From positions 1 through 58,704 of the forward strand of contig JAJZPA010000001.1 in assembly GCA_021811425.1 (NCBI GenBank): DNA of 58,704 nt, in the 5' to 3' direction. The translations under genes were made by a program, and so were the position numbers. Below are positions 57,377 through 58,704 of this stretch, in pieces (the first letter of the stretch is position 1; each line of letters starts with the position of its first letter). The notes under the pieces are model-generated. The model was given only the letters and a program-made list of their open reading frames with translations. It was not told where the DNA came from and did no database searches. Source of the DNA: Bacillota bacterium (GTDB lineage Bacteria; Bacillota; Desulfitobacteriia; Desulfitobacteriales; Desulfitobacteriaceae).

Positions 57377-58399
57377 CTATCCGATGATTGTTTGTCTTAG
57401 GATACGCTGAATTTCGTTTAAGAGAACGAAGGAGCGCTCGACGCTGGCATTGCCATCGGCATTAATTAGACAGCAGCGGGAAGGAGCAAGCCAAGAACGG
57501 TCAAAGAGGAGATCAAGATCGAGTCCATGCCGCCCGAGAAATTCCCAGGATTCCAGGAGACGCTCCGTCAAGGTTTGGGCGGATTCTTCGACTAACTCCG
57601 AGGTCAGGGTTGGGGTAATTCCCCAAGCGATGATCCGCCCCTTTTGCAGAAACTCCTTGACCTCATCCACATAACGTACCAGGATATGTCCCCAACTAAA
57701 AGCGTCCACGGAGAGAATGTCAAGGTCTGCCCCCAGGAGGAAGGACCAGTCTGGGTTGCCGCAGAGGTGCACCCCTTTCGGACCAGGCAGGTTGGCCAGG
57801 AAAGATCGATATTCGCTTTGCGCGAGTTCGGAGGTATAGCCGCTAAAGGAATTGAAAATCATTTCTAAGCCCGGTTCATCTAACCATACAAACGGATGGG
57901 GATGAACTCGGCTCAAACGTGTGTATTGCCAGGCAATCTTGCGTTCTAGAAAACTGTAGAGGATTTCACGCACAAAATCGTTGTAGATTATAGGTTTGCG
58001 TTCTTCGTCACAGATTTTTAGCCCGAAACTCACGGGGCCGACCGTTTGCCCCCTGACCAGCGGATAGGAGGAGAGATCCAGGGTTAGAAAGTGACGAAAG
58101 GCCGATGAATATTCCTCAGAGAGGGCGAAATAATCGGGGTCAGCACTCTTCTCCAGGTATTCATCGATTTCAGCGGCAAAACGTTCATGCGAGAAACGCA
58201 AGACTTCCTTTTCCTCATCAATGAGGATTCCGGGAAAATGCTCGGCAAACTGAGCATACATGTCTTCTTTGAAGCGAAAGTGCGGAAGCTGGGGCCAAAA
58301 CGGAATATCCATCGTCAACGCAAGTTTTTGCGCTTCTTCAAGATTTGTATGCGGTAGGATTCCCATGGCTGTCGTTAGTCCTTTTCCGGGCAGCATCAT
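57377..58399 (-). CDS. URO-D/MetE-superfamily protein resembling single-barrel (core) methionine synthases
   Basis: TTAMGILPH, DIPFWPQLP, GQTVGPVS, WLDEP, GVHLCGNPDW, IAWGITP, APSRCCL. Confidence 0.7.
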   Translation of the reverse strand: MMLPGKGLTTAMGILPHTNLEEAQKLALTMDIPFWPQLPHFRFKEDMYAQFAEHFPGILIDEEKEVLRFSHERFAAEIDEYLEKSADPDYFALSEEYSSAFRHFLTLDLSSYPLVRGQTVGPVSFGLKICDEERKPIIYNDFVREILYSFLERKIAWQYTRLSRVHPHPFVWLDEPGLEMIFNSFSGYTSELAQSEYRSFLANLPGPKGVHLCGNPDWSFLLGADLDILSVDAFSWGHILVRYVDEVKEFLQKGRIIAWGITPTLTSELVEESAQTLTERLLESWEFLGRHGLDLDLLFDRSWLAPSRCCLINADGNASVERSFVLLNEIQRILRQTIIG

Positions 58400-58704
58400 T
58401 TTACCATCATCTCCATCTATTTTTTCAGTATAGCCTCTGACACACTATCTTTCTACAGTTAAGAATACCGCATTTAGAGAAAATCTACTGTGACGGAATT
58501 CACCTTTTTCAATCTATCACCCCGACTTCGCATAAATCACCCTGCATTGATCAAAAGCTAAAGCTATGGTTGATGTTGATGCGGATTGGAGTGGTTCGAG
58601 TGTGGGTTAAATGGCTTCCGACTGTTAGGAAATATAGCTTTATCGTCATGGCCTGCTGTATACTGGGATTAATTCTTTCCTTCGGGTATGGAGAACTAAA
58701 AGAT

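Noticed and set aside
58400..58704. SAM riboswitch or T-box upstream of the MetE-like gene
   Set aside because: No S-box or T-box consensus seen on the minus strand; the region may extend past the window.

Overview
Core-chromosome segment of an anaerobic, endospore-forming Bacillota; gene content and order suggest Peptococcaceae/Desulfitobacteriaceae (inference). It follows the conserved efp-spoIIIA-accBC-nusB-folD-xseAB-ispA-dxs-tlyA-nadK-argR-recN-spoIVB-spo0A-nudF-spoIIM-xerD-deoB-punA-pdp-dacF-spoIIA-spoVA region. No rRNA, tRNA, CRISPR array, transposase or prophage was seen. Main departures from the textbook layout: (1) the spoIIAA-spoIIAB-sigF operon is inverted in place between dacF and spoVAC, giving back-to-back sigmaH/Spo0A and sigmaG promoter matches; (2) a pyruvate/oxaloacetate carboxyltransferase is fused in frame to a complete AccB that still has its own internal RBS and TTG start; (3) an uncharacterised three-gene ATP-dependent activase/dehydratase-like module sits directly behind spoVAC-D-E-F; (4) nfnAB lies next to a FolD with Glu at a cyclohydrolase-associated Gln position, plus a separate FchA-like gene; (5) an APC permease with a forespore-type promoter match is broken by one in-frame TAA. 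Several small non-coding structures are also present: a REP-like palindrome, a GEMM-like leader, a micro-ORF unit and tandem repeats. Protein calls come from motif recognition and synteny only; promoter calls are consensus matches read by eye. No database searches were run.
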